From Cytophagales bacterium (lineage in GTDB: Bacteria; Bacteroidota; Bacteroidia; Cytophagales; UBA9547), in NCBI GenBank assembly GCA_033765235.1, contig JANRIG010000036.1, forward strand, positions 139,558 to 203,557: a stretch of 64,000 bases of DNA, written 5' to 3'. This document shows positions 49,847 to 58,169 of this stretch, one piece after another. The position numbers and the translations under genes are program-made. The notes below the pieces were generated by a model. That model worked only from the letters and a program-made list of their open reading frames with translations, was not told the origin of the DNA and did not search any database. Each line of letters begins with the position of its first letter. Position 1 is the first letter of the stretch.

Positions 49847-51297
49847 CAGTAATAGGAAGTGGAGTTGGGGGTATGGCAGCAGCCATACGTTTGCAATGCA
49901 GAGGTTATGATGTGACATTATATGAAAAAAATGATACACTCGGAGGCAAAATTTCTGAAATACAATTGGGCAAATTCAGGTTTGATACCGGACCTTCATT
50001 GTTCACTCTTCCGCATCTGGTGGATGAGCTTATTTTACTTAATGAAAAGTTTAATATTATAGATTTTTCATACCAAAAATTAGATAAAGTTACCAAATAT
50101 TTTTATGAAAATGATACATTTATATCAAATGATAATCCGCACAATTGGGATTTATTTTCGCCTAATAATAAAAATAGGATAGTTAATTATTTACAAAAAA
50201 ATAAACTTAGATATGAATTAGCAGCTCCAATATTTTTACAAAATTCATTACATTCAATCCATACATATTTTTCAAAATACGCATGGAATGCACTTCTAAA
50301 ATTGCATAGCCTTGGTATATTTCAAACCATGCACGAAGAAAACATGAGTAATTTTGATGATATGAGAATAGTACAACTATTTGACCGCTATGCCACATAC
50401 AATGGTTCGGACCCTTACCGCACACCTGCTACCTTAAATATTATCAGCCATTTGGAGCACAATTTGGGAGCATATTATCCTACACAAGGTATGATTGCTA
50501 TACGCAATGCGATGTCAGAAATGATAAAGATATGTGGTGTTGTATGTAGTACCGGGGCAGAGGTTTCACAAATATTAGTCAATAATAATAAAGTCAAAGG
50601 ATTGATAGTAAACAACATACATTATGAATATGACTATGTGGTGTCTAATGCAGACATCTGTCATACCTATCGCAAACTGTTGCCAACCATAAAAGCACCT
50701 GAAAGAATACTTGCACAACCCAAATCATCATCGGCTATGATATTTCATTGGGGTGTGCAGGGCACACATCCTGACCTGGAGTTGCACAATATACTTTTTA
50801 CAGATAACTATAAATCTGAATTTGAGCATATTAGGCAAGGTAATATTTATTCAAAACCCACTATTTACATTTACATAAGCTCCAAAGTCAAAAAAGATGA
50901 TGCCCCTGCAGGCTGCGAAAACTGGTTTGTGATGATAAATGTACCTCATGACCAAGGGCAGGACTGGCATATGCTGGCACAAAATGCAAAAGAGAATGTT
51001 GTAAAAATAATCAATAAACGTCTGAATATCAATATAGAAGACCGTATTATTGCCGAGCAAATTCGCACACCTTTGCACATAGCTCAGGAAACAGGAGCAT
51101 ATCTTGGAGCGTTATATGGCAATAGCTCCAATAATATGTTTAGTGCATTTTTGCGACATGCAAATTATAGTACTGATATCAAAGGGTTGTATTTTTGTGG
51201 GGGCAGTGTGCACCCTGGAGGTGGTATTCCTCTCTGCTTGTACTCTGCACAAATAGTAGATAAACTGATATGGTCATATGATAAAAGCAAGTCATAA
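49831..51297 (+). CDS. crtD: 1-hydroxycarotenoid 3,4-desaturase
   Basis: VIGSGVGGMAAA, FDTGPSLFTLP, RYATYNGSDPY, SSSAMIFHWGV, GALYGNSSN, GGSVHPGGGIPLCL. Confidence 0.88.
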   Translation: MAKKIAVIGSGVGGMAAAIRLQCRGYDVTLYEKNDTLGGKISEIQLGKFRFDTGPSLFTLPHLVDELILLNEKFNIIDFSYQKLDKVTKYFYENDTFISNDNPHNWDLFSPNNKNRIVNYLQKNKLRYELAAPIFLQNSLHSIHTYFSKYAWNALLKLHSLGIFQTMHEENMSNFDDMRIVQLFDRYATYNGSDPYRTPATLNIISHLEHNLGAYYPTQGMIAIRNAMSEMIKICGVVCSTGAEVSQILVNNNKVKGLIVNNIHYEYDYVVSNADICHTYRKLLPTIKAPERILAQPKSSSAMIFHWGVQGTHPDLELHNILFTDNYKSEFEHIRQGNIYSKPTIYIYISSKVKKDDAPAGCENWFVMINVPHDQGQDWHMLAQNAKENVVKIINKRLNINIEDRIIAEQIRTPLHIAQETGAYLGALYGNSSNNMFSAFLRHANYSTDIKGLYFCGGSVHPGGGIPLCLYSAQIVDKLIWSYDKSKS

Positions 51298-51901
51298 TAA
51301 GTGGGTACATGCCACCGCAGGACTATTTTTTAGGTATTTGGTAAAGCTGAGTTTTCACGATATAGTTGTGCAATGCCCTGATTATGAAACTAATAAGCCC
51401 ATCTTGTATATTGGCAATCACATATCGTGGTGGGATGGTTTTATACCTTATTATATTAATGCAAAATATTATGGCAAAAAGTTTTATATCATGATGTTGG
51501 AAAATGAGCTGCGTACCAAGCAGATATTTAAGTATTTGGGGGCTTATTCTATCAACAAAAATTCAAAAAACATGCTAAAAAGCCTACAATACACTTTAGA
51601 TTTGTTAAGCCACCATGAAAATTTTGTGGTAATATTCCCGCAGGGTAAAATATATAGCCAACATAGCAGGCATATCATATTTGAGCCGGGTATCCCAAAA
51701 CTTATACATAGCAGCAAAACTGATTTTCAGGTTATTATGCATGTCACACTCATGGATTATTTTGCAAATGCTAAACCCACTTTGTATGTGTATATGCAAA
51801 TGGTGGATAAAAATAATATTGCAACACATGGCAGCCTGCAAGATTTGTACAATGCTTTTTACAATGATATTTTGGCAAAACACACCATGAATACCGCATA
51901 A
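51278..51901 (+). CDS. PlsC-like acyltransferase (carotenoid glycoside acyltransferase candidate)
   Basis: GNHISWWDGF (HxxxxD), LGAYSI, IFPQG; lies inside the crt operon. Confidence 0.8.
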   Translation: MIKASHNKWVHATAGLFFRYLVKLSFHDIVVQCPDYETNKPILYIGNHISWWDGFIPYYINAKYYGKKFYIMMLENELRTKQIFKYLGAYSINKNSKNMLKSLQYTLDLLSHHENFVVIFPQGKIYSQHSRHIIFEPGIPKLIHSSKTDFQVIMHVTLMDYFANAKPTLYVYMQMVDKNNIATHGSLQDLYNAFYNDILAKHTMNTA

Positions 51902-51902
51902 T

Positions 51903-53000
51903 ATGGATATATATATCATAGTGATTTTATTTTTTTTGCCTGTATATCAGCTTTTTGTATGTATGATAAATGTAATATTTCCTCAATACATACCGCATGG
52001 TGCCTCTCTCACTGATACTCCCAAAATATCCGTTCTCATACCCATGCGCAACGAGGAACATAATATAAATAATATATTGACAGACCTTGTTTTGCAAACC
52101 TACAAAAATCTGGAAATCATAGTGTTAGACGATAACTCTACTGATGACACTTACACTCTGGCAAGCCGATGGACAAATGAATACCCAAATATAAAAGTAA
52201 TAAAAGGCGATGATTTGCCGGTGGGCTGGCTCGGAAAAAATTGGGCATGCCATCAACTGTCTGTACAAGCCAATGGTGAGTATATGCTCTATATAGATGC
52301 AGATGTGAGACTTTCACCTGTAGCTATACAAAGTGCAGTATATGAATTGATTAAATATAAGTTAGATTTATTATCCGTATTTCCACACCAGCATATGCAT
52401 ACATGGGGCGAGAGAGTTGTGATACCCCTTATGCACTATATACTCACTACCATGCTGCCACTCATATTTGTAAAAAAAGTACAAAATAATATGCTTTCGG
52501 CAGCCAACGGACAGTTTATGCTGTTTAGTACAAATACCTATAAAAAATACCACTTCCATGAAAAAGTAAGACATGAAATAGCTGAAGATATACATATTGC
52601 AAGGTACATGAAACTATCTCATTGTAATGTTGGGGTATATATAGGTGACAATAATATTACATGTAGGATGTATGATTCTTATAAAAGTGCAATAAATGGT
52701 TTTGCAAAAAATATCCATGAAATGCTCTCAGGGAGCTATGTAGTGGCTATTGCATTTGTACTACTGCATTTCATAGTCCCTGTCATATTTATAGCCTGCA
52801 ATGAATATGTATTATTTGCAATATATATACTTATGATGTTGTACATAAGGGTATTGAGTTCAATACATACGTATCAAAATGTTATTATAAATGTGATATT
52901 ATACATACCACATATATTTATTTTATTCTATTTGGTAGTATTAAATATTAATAATAGACTGCAGCACAAAACAGTATGGAAAGGAAGAGTAATAAGTTAA
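51903..53000 (+). CDS. GT2 glycosyltransferase (carotenoid glycosyltransferase CruC/CrtQ-like)
   Basis: SVLIPMRNEE, LDDNSTD, GWLGKNWACHQL, YIDADV, ANGQFMLF, AEDI, CRMY. Confidence 0.85.
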   Translation: MDIYIIVILFFLPVYQLFVCMINVIFPQYIPHGASLTDTPKISVLIPMRNEEHNINNILTDLVLQTYKNLEIIVLDDNSTDDTYTLASRWTNEYPNIKVIKGDDLPVGWLGKNWACHQLSVQANGEYMLYIDADVRLSPVAIQSAVYELIKYKLDLLSVFPHQHMHTWGERVVIPLMHYILTTMLPLIFVKKVQNNMLSAANGQFMLFSTNTYKKYHFHEKVRHEIAEDIHIARYMKLSHCNVGVYIGDNNITCRMYDSYKSAINGFAKNIHEMLSGSYVVAIAFVLLHFIVPVIFIACNEYVLFAIYILMMLYIRVLSSIHTYQNVIINVILYIPHIFILFYLVVLNINNRLQHKTVWKGRVIS

Positions 53001-53623
53001 TAATCAGCATAGTGGTACTCATTTTTTTTGATGCAGTAGGGTTAGTGGGCTATACTTTTGTTCCACTTGGTACATTGTTTATGCTGCTCACTCCATATTA
53101 TATTTTGCTATCTGCAGCATTTGTATTTTTTCATGAAATGAAATTTACATTGTATAATGTTTTGTATTTATCAGCTATTTTTTTTGCGGGACTTGCAGTA
53201 GAGTATTTGGGGGTATCTACAGGGGTATTATTTGGCCAATATTACTATGGTAATACGCTGGGAATTAAATTGTTAGATGTGCCTGTGGTAATGGGTATAA
53301 ATTGGGTACTTCTCATATATTGTACCCATATATGCATACAAAATACATTTATTAAACACAGTATCATAAAAGCGTGCGTAGGGGCATCTATTTTGACATT
53401 ATTAGATTTTTTTATAGAACCTAATGCCATATTATATGATTATTGGCATTGGAGTGGCAATAATGTGCCATTTTACAACTACTTTTGTTGGTTTGCAGTA
53501 TCATTTGTTTTTCTTTTTTGTGCATTAAAACTTAAGATAAGCTTTCAAAACAATATAGCAATACCATTTTTAGCGATGCGATTTGTATTTTTTATACTGT
53601 TATATATTTGGCAACAAATGTGA
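52976..53623 (+). CDS. cruF: Carotenoid 1,2-hydratase CruF family membrane protein
   Basis: EYLGVSTGVLFGQYYYGNTLG...VPVVMGINW, DFFIEP, W.W...VPFYNYFCW. Confidence 0.82.
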   Translation: MERKSNKLIISIVVLIFFDAVGLVGYTFVPLGTLFMLLTPYYILLSAAFVFFHEMKFTLYNVLYLSAIFFAGLAVEYLGVSTGVLFGQYYYGNTLGIKLLDVPVVMGINWVLLIYCTHICIQNTFIKHSIIKACVGASILTLLDFFIEPNAILYDYWHWSGNNVPFYNYFCWFAVSFVFLFCALKLKISFQNNIAIPFLAMRFVFFILLYIWQQM

Positions 53624-53848
53624 TAATGCTGTGATATACTAATATCCTGTATGCAGTTTCATCCTATATATTATAATATGAATACTTGTTTGTTTCAAAA
53701 AAAAAAAACGACACAATTCAGCTTTAGTAAAACAAGCCGCCAATAAAACATATCGTCCGAAAAGACGAGATTTAGGCATAGTTTTACGGTGCACGGCATA
53801 AGATTGATATTTAGATATTTATACATAGATAGTGCAAAAGCCTTATTG

Positions 53849-53894
53849 TGTCTTGACTTTTTTGGTTCGTTTTTGTGTCAAGACAAAAATGAAC
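53849..53894. repeat. Overlapping double inverted repeat (REP/MITE-like or structured RNA element)
   Basis: TGTCTTGAC (53849-53857) pairs with GTCAAGACA (53877-53885); alternatively GTTCGTTTTTGT (53865-53876) pairs with ACAAAAATGAAC (53883-53894). Confidence 0.55.
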
Positions 53895-54027
53895 GTAAAA
53901 AAAACATAAATTCATGATAATTTAGGTGGTTTACAGATTATTAATCAATTACAAAGTATATGAGTCGTAAACTAACGATTACTCATTTTAATAATATGTC
54001 AGGTTCCACCTACTATACCCTTAATAG

Positions 54028-55191
54028 CTACAAATATTTTTGCACCGCATGCCATACCTTATCTACACTCACTGCACTTATGCAAGGTACAGGGGTAGAT
54101 TTTGATATTTGATAAATACAGTTCCAATTGCAACCATAGCAGGGCATGTGCTCATATACAGGTGTGGGTATTGATATTGTATTGCCTTGCAAATCTGTAG
54201 GATAGGGTACAAATCTATTAAAATGCCCACCTCCCAATATACATACAGAGGGTGTGCCTGCACAAGCAGCTATGTGCACCCCGGAGGTTTCATTGCCTAC
54301 TAATAATTTGGCACTTTTTATTACAGACATCAACTCGGGCACGTCTGTCTTTCCACACATATTTATTATTTTGGCCTTTGATTGTGAAATGATGGCATCG
54401 GATATGTCTTTTTCAGATGTACTGCCGCATATCACACCTACTAGTTGAGTATGCTCATATATGTATTCGCTTAGTTTGGCATAGTTTGCAGCTGCCCAAG
54501 CTCTTATACCTACTCTGGCACCCGGAAATATAACATAATATTTATCCGGCATATCCATTTTACTATCACCTACCTCATTAATATTTAACATTGGCAATGA
54601 TGGTATAATCTCAATATTTGCTATCTGTGACACCAATGCAGCATTTTTGTACAATTCGTGCATCACATCAGAGCCTTTGATACTATGTAGTCGGGTAAAC
54701 CATTTTTGTGAAATATTTACCCAAATTTTATGATCAATGGCATAGTCAGAGTAAGCACCAATTTTTTCATAAGCTTTTACTTTGGCAATGATAAGAGCAC
54801 CTGTAGCAAACTCATGTGAAAATGCAGTATAAATTACAGTATCATAGGATTGGGACAAAAGTAGTTTCCATGATTTATACCTATATACAGGATTGAGCAT
54901 AAATTTTTTGCGGTCAAACGTCAATATTTCATTGAAATAGCCTGTGTCTGCTGCCAATTTTGCACATATGGGGTGGCAAAGAAGTGTGAGGTGATAATCT
55001 TTGTAAATAGTGCGGTAATGTCTTGCTGCGTCACAAAAAAGTACAAAATCGCCCAATGCGTCAAAACGCATGAGCAGTAAAGATTTTTTGTGAAAATGAT
55101 AAGGTTTGAAATGAATAAAAAGGTCAAAAATATAACAATACACATTTACTGCAGACCGTTGTAAAAAATATACTAATTTTGATGCATTCAT
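54028..55191 (-). CDS. GT9 family glycosyltransferase (heptosyltransferase-like)
   Basis: RFDALGDFVL, IFPGA...RAW, LVGNETSGVHIAACAGTP, PCISAVSVDKV; start reassigned to MNASK (55191). Confidence 0.85.
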   Translation of the reverse strand: MNASKLVYFLQRSAVNVYCYIFDLFIHFKPYHFHKKSLLLMRFDALGDFVLFCDAARHYRTIYKDYHLTLLCHPICAKLAADTGYFNEILTFDRKKFMLNPVYRYKSWKLLLSQSYDTVIYTAFSHEFATGALIIAKVKAYEKIGAYSDYAIDHKIWVNISQKWFTRLHSIKGSDVMHELYKNAALVSQIANIEIIPSLPMLNINEVGDSKMDMPDKYYVIFPGARVGIRAWAAANYAKLSEYIYEHTQLVGVICGSTSEKDISDAIISQSKAKIINMCGKTDVPELMSVIKSAKLLVGNETSGVHIAACAGTPSVCILGGGHFNRFVPYPTDLQGNTISIPTPVYEHMPCYGCNWNCIYQISKSTPVPCISAVSVDKVWHAVQKYL

Positions 55192-55205
55192 CGTGTAAAA
55201 ATATA

Positions 55206-55997
55206 ATGAGTTTCGCATTTCATCATAATAAACCAATTTATTTTCAACATCAATATCTTAATACCAAGGAAAACATCATCCCATATTTGGAGCAATATAC
55301 TTCAATCACAGAAGGTATGCAAGTGATGGAGATAGGATGTGCAGAAGGTGGAGTACTCAAAGCTTTTGTAGAAAAAGGCTGCAAGTGCACAGGCATAGAG
55401 CTGAGTCAAAGTAAGATAGACAATGCTAATAAATTTATGAGTGATGAGGTAGCGCAAGGTTATATTGCGCTCATTTGCAGCGATATATATGACATAGATT
55501 TTGAAACCAAATATTCACACACCTTTGACCTGATAGTGCTCAAAGACACCATAGAGCATATACACAACCAAGATAGGCTCATGGCACAACTGCAAAAGTT
55601 GCTTAAAGTAAATGGTCGTATATTTTTAGGATTTCCACCATGGGCATCGGCTTGGGGAGGGCATCAGCAAATATGCAAAAGCAAAGTATTGATGTATATG
55701 CCATGGTTTCATTTGCTACCTGTGAAATGGTATAAAAAACTGTTGCTGCTCATGGGTGAAACAGAAAGTAAAATAAATGAACTTATGGAAATAAAAGAAA
55801 CGGGCATATCTACCGTAAGGTTTGAAAAAATATTAAAAAAATACAATTATAGTATCTTAAATAGACAATATTACTTTATTAATCCAATATATAAGTACAA
55901 ATTTGGCATTAAGGGCATAAAACTTAACCCATTATTTCAAAAAATACCTTTACTCAATGATATAATGAGTACAACAGTGTATTACATAGTGAATTAG
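55206..55997 (+). CDS. Class I SAM-dependent methyltransferase
   Basis: VMEIGCAEGG motif I, FDLIVLKDTIEH, FPPWASAWGGHQ; start reassigned to MSFAF (55206). Confidence 0.85.
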   Translation: MSFAFHHNKPIYFQHQYLNTKENIIPYLEQYTSITEGMQVMEIGCAEGGVLKAFVEKGCKCTGIELSQSKIDNANKFMSDEVAQGYIALICSDIYDIDFETKYSHTFDLIVLKDTIEHIHNQDRLMAQLQKLLKVNGRIFLGFPPWASAWGGHQQICKSKVLMYMPWFHLLPVKWYKKLLLLMGETESKINELMEIKETGISTVRFEKILKKYNYSILNRQYYFINPIYKYKFGIKGIKLNPLFQKIPLLNDIMSTTVYYIVN

Positions 55998-56545
55998 TAC
56001 TTTTTCAAATCTTTGTCGTCAATTTTGGCTAATTCACCTACTTGCCTGAGTACTGCAATACCTTCATCGCGAGCCATTTGTGCTATATCATCTGCAATGC
56101 TCATACCTCCAATGCCGAGGTAATATTCATAGTCGGCATATTGCGAAAAGTATTCTTTAATGTTTTTTAGTTTTTTAGTTTTTAGCACCTCTATGTCAAT
56201 AGGGTGTACTTTGTGTTTTATTTCTATCAATGCTACGGTGTGTCCGTTGTACATCACTATATCAAACTCATGCTCCATACCATTCATTTTGCCTACTTGG
56301 TTGAGTATTATTTTATCAAACTTAATATTGCCAAACTTCATTTTTACTTTTAAAGAATTATAAAAAAAATCTTTGGCAGAGAAACCTATATTCAAACCGT
56401 ATTTATCCATTATTCTATATAATTCCAGAAAAATTGTATCAATTTCAGTATTTTGCGACTTACCCTCAGCCAACTCTGCAAATGTTTTTTCTTGACTGAT
56501 TTTGAGCTCAATCATGGCTGCTTCCAATAGGTGCATATTTTCCAT
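55994..56545 (-). CDS. Hypothetical protein with short coiled coil and PD-(D/E)XK-like nuclease fold
   Basis: EFDIVMYNG..VALIEIK motif; own TATCTTTG -7 element at 56556-56563. Confidence 0.55.
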   Translation of the reverse strand: MENMHLLEAAMIELKISQEKTFAELAEGKSQNTEIDTIFLELYRIMDKYGLNIGFSAKDFFYNSLKVKMKFGNIKFDKIILNQVGKMNGMEHEFDIVMYNGHTVALIEIKHKVHPIDIEVLKTKKLKNIKEYFSQYADYEYYLGIGGMSIADDIAQMARDEGIAVLRQVGELAKIDDKDLKKY

Positions 56546-56726
56546 TTATATATTACAAAGATACAAAATTTCTATGTTCTACAAAAGCTGAATAGGTTAT
56601 ATACGTCATCTCAATATTTACACTTATGAGATATATTATCAGGGTGCAATTACTAAAAACATGCTCTCTGCAAACATTGAAGTCATTAATATTTTTATTT
56701 TTTAATTAATATGTGAATATTTGGAC

Positions 56727-57182
56727 ATGAAAAAGACTGCGCTCTTTCCGGGCTCGTTTGACCCATTTACAAACGGACACAAAGATATAGTAATAAGAGG
56801 GTTATCTATATTTGACCATATTGTAATAGGCATAGGTTACAATACTGCCAAAAAAAGATACTTTGACATAGATATGATGGTGAACAAGGTAAAATTAGCA
56901 TTTGAGCATGAGCCCAATGTATCTGTAGAGGCATTTGATACACTTACCTCAGACTTTGCCAAACTCAAAAATGCCAAATACCTGCTCCGTGGCTTGCGCA
57001 ATACCTCAGACCTGGAGTATGAAAACACCATAGCACAAGCCAATAAATACATAAACAAAGACTTGGAAACATTTTTCCTCATTACCTCACCCGAGTACGC
57101 AGCGCTAAGCTCTACAGTGGTACGCGAAATGCATAAATATGGGGTGAATATTGACAAATTTTTACCCTATAATTTATCATAA
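56727..57182 (+). CDS. coaD: Phosphopantetheine adenylyltransferase
   Basis: FPGSFDPFTNGH, LRGLRNTSDLEYE, LSSTVVRE. Confidence 0.96.
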   Translation: MKKTALFPGSFDPFTNGHKDIVIRGLSIFDHIVIGIGYNTAKKRYFDIDMMVNKVKLAFEHEPNVSVEAFDTLTSDFAKLKNAKYLLRGLRNTSDLEYENTIAQANKYINKDLETFFLITSPEYAALSSTVVREMHKYGVNIDKFLPYNLS

Positions 57183-57185
57183 AAT

Positions 57186-58169
57186 ATGCATAGCTTAGCA
57201 TTTGCCATACTCATATCATTAATATTTTTTACTTGTACCAAGAAAAAAAAATATGCTGATGAGCAGCCGGCAATAGTAACTCAGGCAAAAGCACCCGCCT
57301 TCAATGCAGACAGTGCCTACAGCTATATATATACTCAAGTCACATTCACACCAAGAGTACCCAACACTCCTGCTCACCAAAAATGTGGCGACTACCTCAT
57401 AGCCATGCTTGATAAATATGGCTGCAAAGTATATGTACAATCCTATACAATTCAAGCATATGATGGCAAAATACTAAAACTCAGAAATATAATAGGTGCT
57501 ATAAATACAGATGTGCCTAAGCGTATCATACTAGCTTCGCACTGGGACAGTCGCCCATTTGCAGACCAAGAGCCCGAAAACAAAAACATACCTATAGATG
57601 GGGCAAATGATGGTGCCAGTGGTGTAGGAGTGTTGTTGGAGATAGCCCGCAGTATACAAGCGAGTGATATAAAACCTACCGTTGGTATTGACATTATACT
57701 ATTTGACGGCGAAGACTATGGGCAACCTGATTTTTCGCCGCACATTAGAAAAGAAGATACATGGTGCCTTGGTTCACAATATTGGGCACAAAACAGGCAT
57801 ATACCCGGTTACACTGCATATTGCGGCATATTGCTGGATATGGTAGGAGCACAAAATTCGCATTTCTATATGGAGGGTACCTCTATGACCTATGCCCCTG
57901 ACCTGGTACGCAAAGTGTGGAACACCGCCATAAGTATAGGCTATGCACAGTACTTTGTGCTACAAATCTCAGATGGTATCATAGATGACCACTACTATAT
58001 CAATAAAATGGCTAAAATACCCATGATAGATATCATAGACCATGACCAAACGGGAGGGCAATACTTTGGTTCATATTGGCATACCCTGCGCGACAATATG
58101 CAAATAATTGACCGCAACACCCTCAAGGCTGTTGGGCAAACACTATTACAAACTGTATATCAGGAATGA
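57186..58169 (+). CDS. M28-family lipoprotein, glutaminyl cyclase-like
   Basis: Lipobox FFTC; ASHWDSRP, GANDGASGVGVLLE, FDGEDYG, LLDMVG, IDDH, YWHT. Confidence 0.87.
   Translation: MHSLAFAILISLIFFTCTKKKKYADEQPAIVTQAKAPAFNADSAYSYIYTQVTFTPRVPNTPAHQKCGDYLIAMLDKYGCKVYVQSYTIQAYDGKILKLRNIIGAINTDVPKRIILASHWDSRPFADQEPENKNIPIDGANDGASGVGVLLEIARSIQASDIKPTVGIDIILFDGEDYGQPDFSPHIRKEDTWCLGSQYWAQNRHIPGYTAYCGILLDMVGAQNSHFYMEGTSMTYAPDLVRKVWNTAISIGYAQYFVLQISDGIIDDHYYINKMAKIPMIDIIDHDQTGGQYFGSYWHTLRDNMQIIDRNTLKAVGQTLLQTVYQE

Noticed and set aside
49178-50300. Horizontally acquired low-GC patch inside the crt operon
   Set aside because: The low GC is largely explained by Ile/Phe/Tyr/Asn-rich membrane protein composition; gene overlaps are seamless and there are no mobility signatures.
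53730-53810. Hammerhead or other known ribozyme/riboswitch
   Set aside because: A GAAA-containing hairpin is present, but no CUGAUGA core or other recognisable riboswitch consensus was found.
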